A stretch of 64,000 nt of DNA from Catajapyx aquilonaris (lineage: Eukaryota), in NCBI GenBank assembly GCA_000934665.2, contig JYFJ02009209.1, forward strand, positions 62,001 to 126,000, in the 5' to 3' direction. The notes beneath the pieces were generated by a model. It saw only the letters and a list, made by a program, of their open reading frames with translations. It was not told the origin of the DNA and searched no databases. How positions within the stretch are numbered: the stretch's first letter is position 1; each line of letters opens with the position of its first letter. Positions 62,781 through 64,000 of the stretch are shown here, piece by piece. Both the position numbers and the translations under genes were made by a program.

Positions 62781-62973
62781 CGTCCATTTTTCTTTTTAAA
62801 CGTCTCATAATAATTATTCGTAACGGAGGGATTGGCTACACTTTGCTTATGGAACTTTGGAGTGACTGTTCTGGGGAAATTCTGTTGCTTTTTCCGCAGA
62901 GGATTGCGCGTAAGGATTCCTGTTCTTATATACGTTTGCATTGAGTAAGCATTGCGTATGGTTCGTTCCTGAC

Positions 62974-64000
62974 ATGATGGATTATAAGAGGTTCTCGATC
63001 GAGTTTGATCGCCCCGGGGCAGTGTTCTACCCGGGACAAGTAGTCAGTGGAAAGATTATGCTGAGCGTCAAGAGAACTAAGAAAGTGGACGGTAAGTTAA
63101 ATATACGATTATCGCCTGCAGATATACATGAACTAGATTATTGCAGGCTTGCTATTGCTGTTAAAAGGATCCGGACAAGTCGTGTGGTATAGCAAAAAGT
63201 TTGGGACCAAGCATCAGATGTGCATGAAGGACGAAGTGTATTGCAATATCGAAACCTGGTTGAAGGTTGCAGGTATATGTATAATGGTTGCCAGTGAGAA
63301 TGACGATCGAAATAATTTGAATAAATGAAACCTATTGCAGGTCAAGTGCACACATTACCATCAGGTGTAATAACAACATATCCGTTTGCGATCGTGTTAC
63401 CGTCAGTGCTTCCTTCGTCATTCGAAGGACAGCAAGGACGCGTTCGATACACGGCCAAGGCTACGATCTTCCGTTTGTCGAAGCCCGACCATACCACAGA
63501 AAAGGATTTCAATGTCGAGGCCAAATGTGACCTCAACACCAACGTGGAAGCTAGGGTAACTATAGCACTGATATATGCCACATTTTTCATTTATTTTTGG
63601 TGACCAACACTTTTCAGCTGGCTCCAGAATGTATGGAATTAAGGATGCTTGATTGTTGTTGGTTCGGCCCCCTATTGGTGAACATGCGGTTGAACAAAGG
63701 GGGTTACGTGCCAGGAGAAACGATCTTGCTCAGCGGAATAGCCAAGAACCGCAGCAACAAAGCGATACAACGAGTCACAGTGACTCTGCAGCAGGTTAGT
63801 TGGACAACGTTGCTAAATGGCAGCGGTGTCATGCACTTGTCGCGTTTTAGGTCATCCGGTACAACCAGAAATCCGGCGGCAAGGTGTCGTCAGAGAGACG
63901 CAAAACTCTCTTACAGAAAGACCTAGGCCGGATTGAACCTCGAAGTGAGCAGACTTGGACAGACGTGGCCCTCCTTGTCCCTCCTGTTCCTCAGACCGAT
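62974..64000 (+). CDS. Alpha-arrestin A11, inverted paralog of A9/A10; runs off the window
   Basis: MMDYKRFSIEFDRPGAVFYPGQVVSG, LPSSFEGQQGRVRY, LDCCWFGP, GGYVPGE, LLVPPVP; exons stay in frame to the edge. Confidence 0.9.

Overview
Compact, intron-rich eukaryotic genomic DNA, most likely arthropod (introns mostly 50-110 bp). There is no prokaryotic or CRISPR content. From left to right the window holds: two paralogous myosuppressin/DMSR-type (WRY) neuropeptide GPCR genes flanking a tandem pair of ACSF2-like acyl-CoA ligases; a sorbitol dehydrogenase-like gene; RIOK2, head-to-head with an F-box/LRR gene; an ABCC4/MRP4-like transporter; a complete DNAH5/DNAH8-type axonemal dynein heavy chain; and a tandem array of at least 11 alpha-arrestin (ARRDC-like) copies (A1-A11) with a tRNA-Arg(TCT) gene, running from 44.1 kb off the right edge. 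The arrestin array is the best candidate for an undescribed system. It shows repeated, independent loss of the PPxY ligase-docking motif, a hypervariable and partly His-rich N-domain loop, an apparently new intron, a deletion-fused pseudogene, a duplicated terminal exon and an inversion. Second, one ACSF2 duplicate has lost its mitochondrial leader and diverged in the substrate pocket while being near-identical elsewhere. Gene models were spliced by eye, and family assignments rest on recognised motifs rather than database searches.
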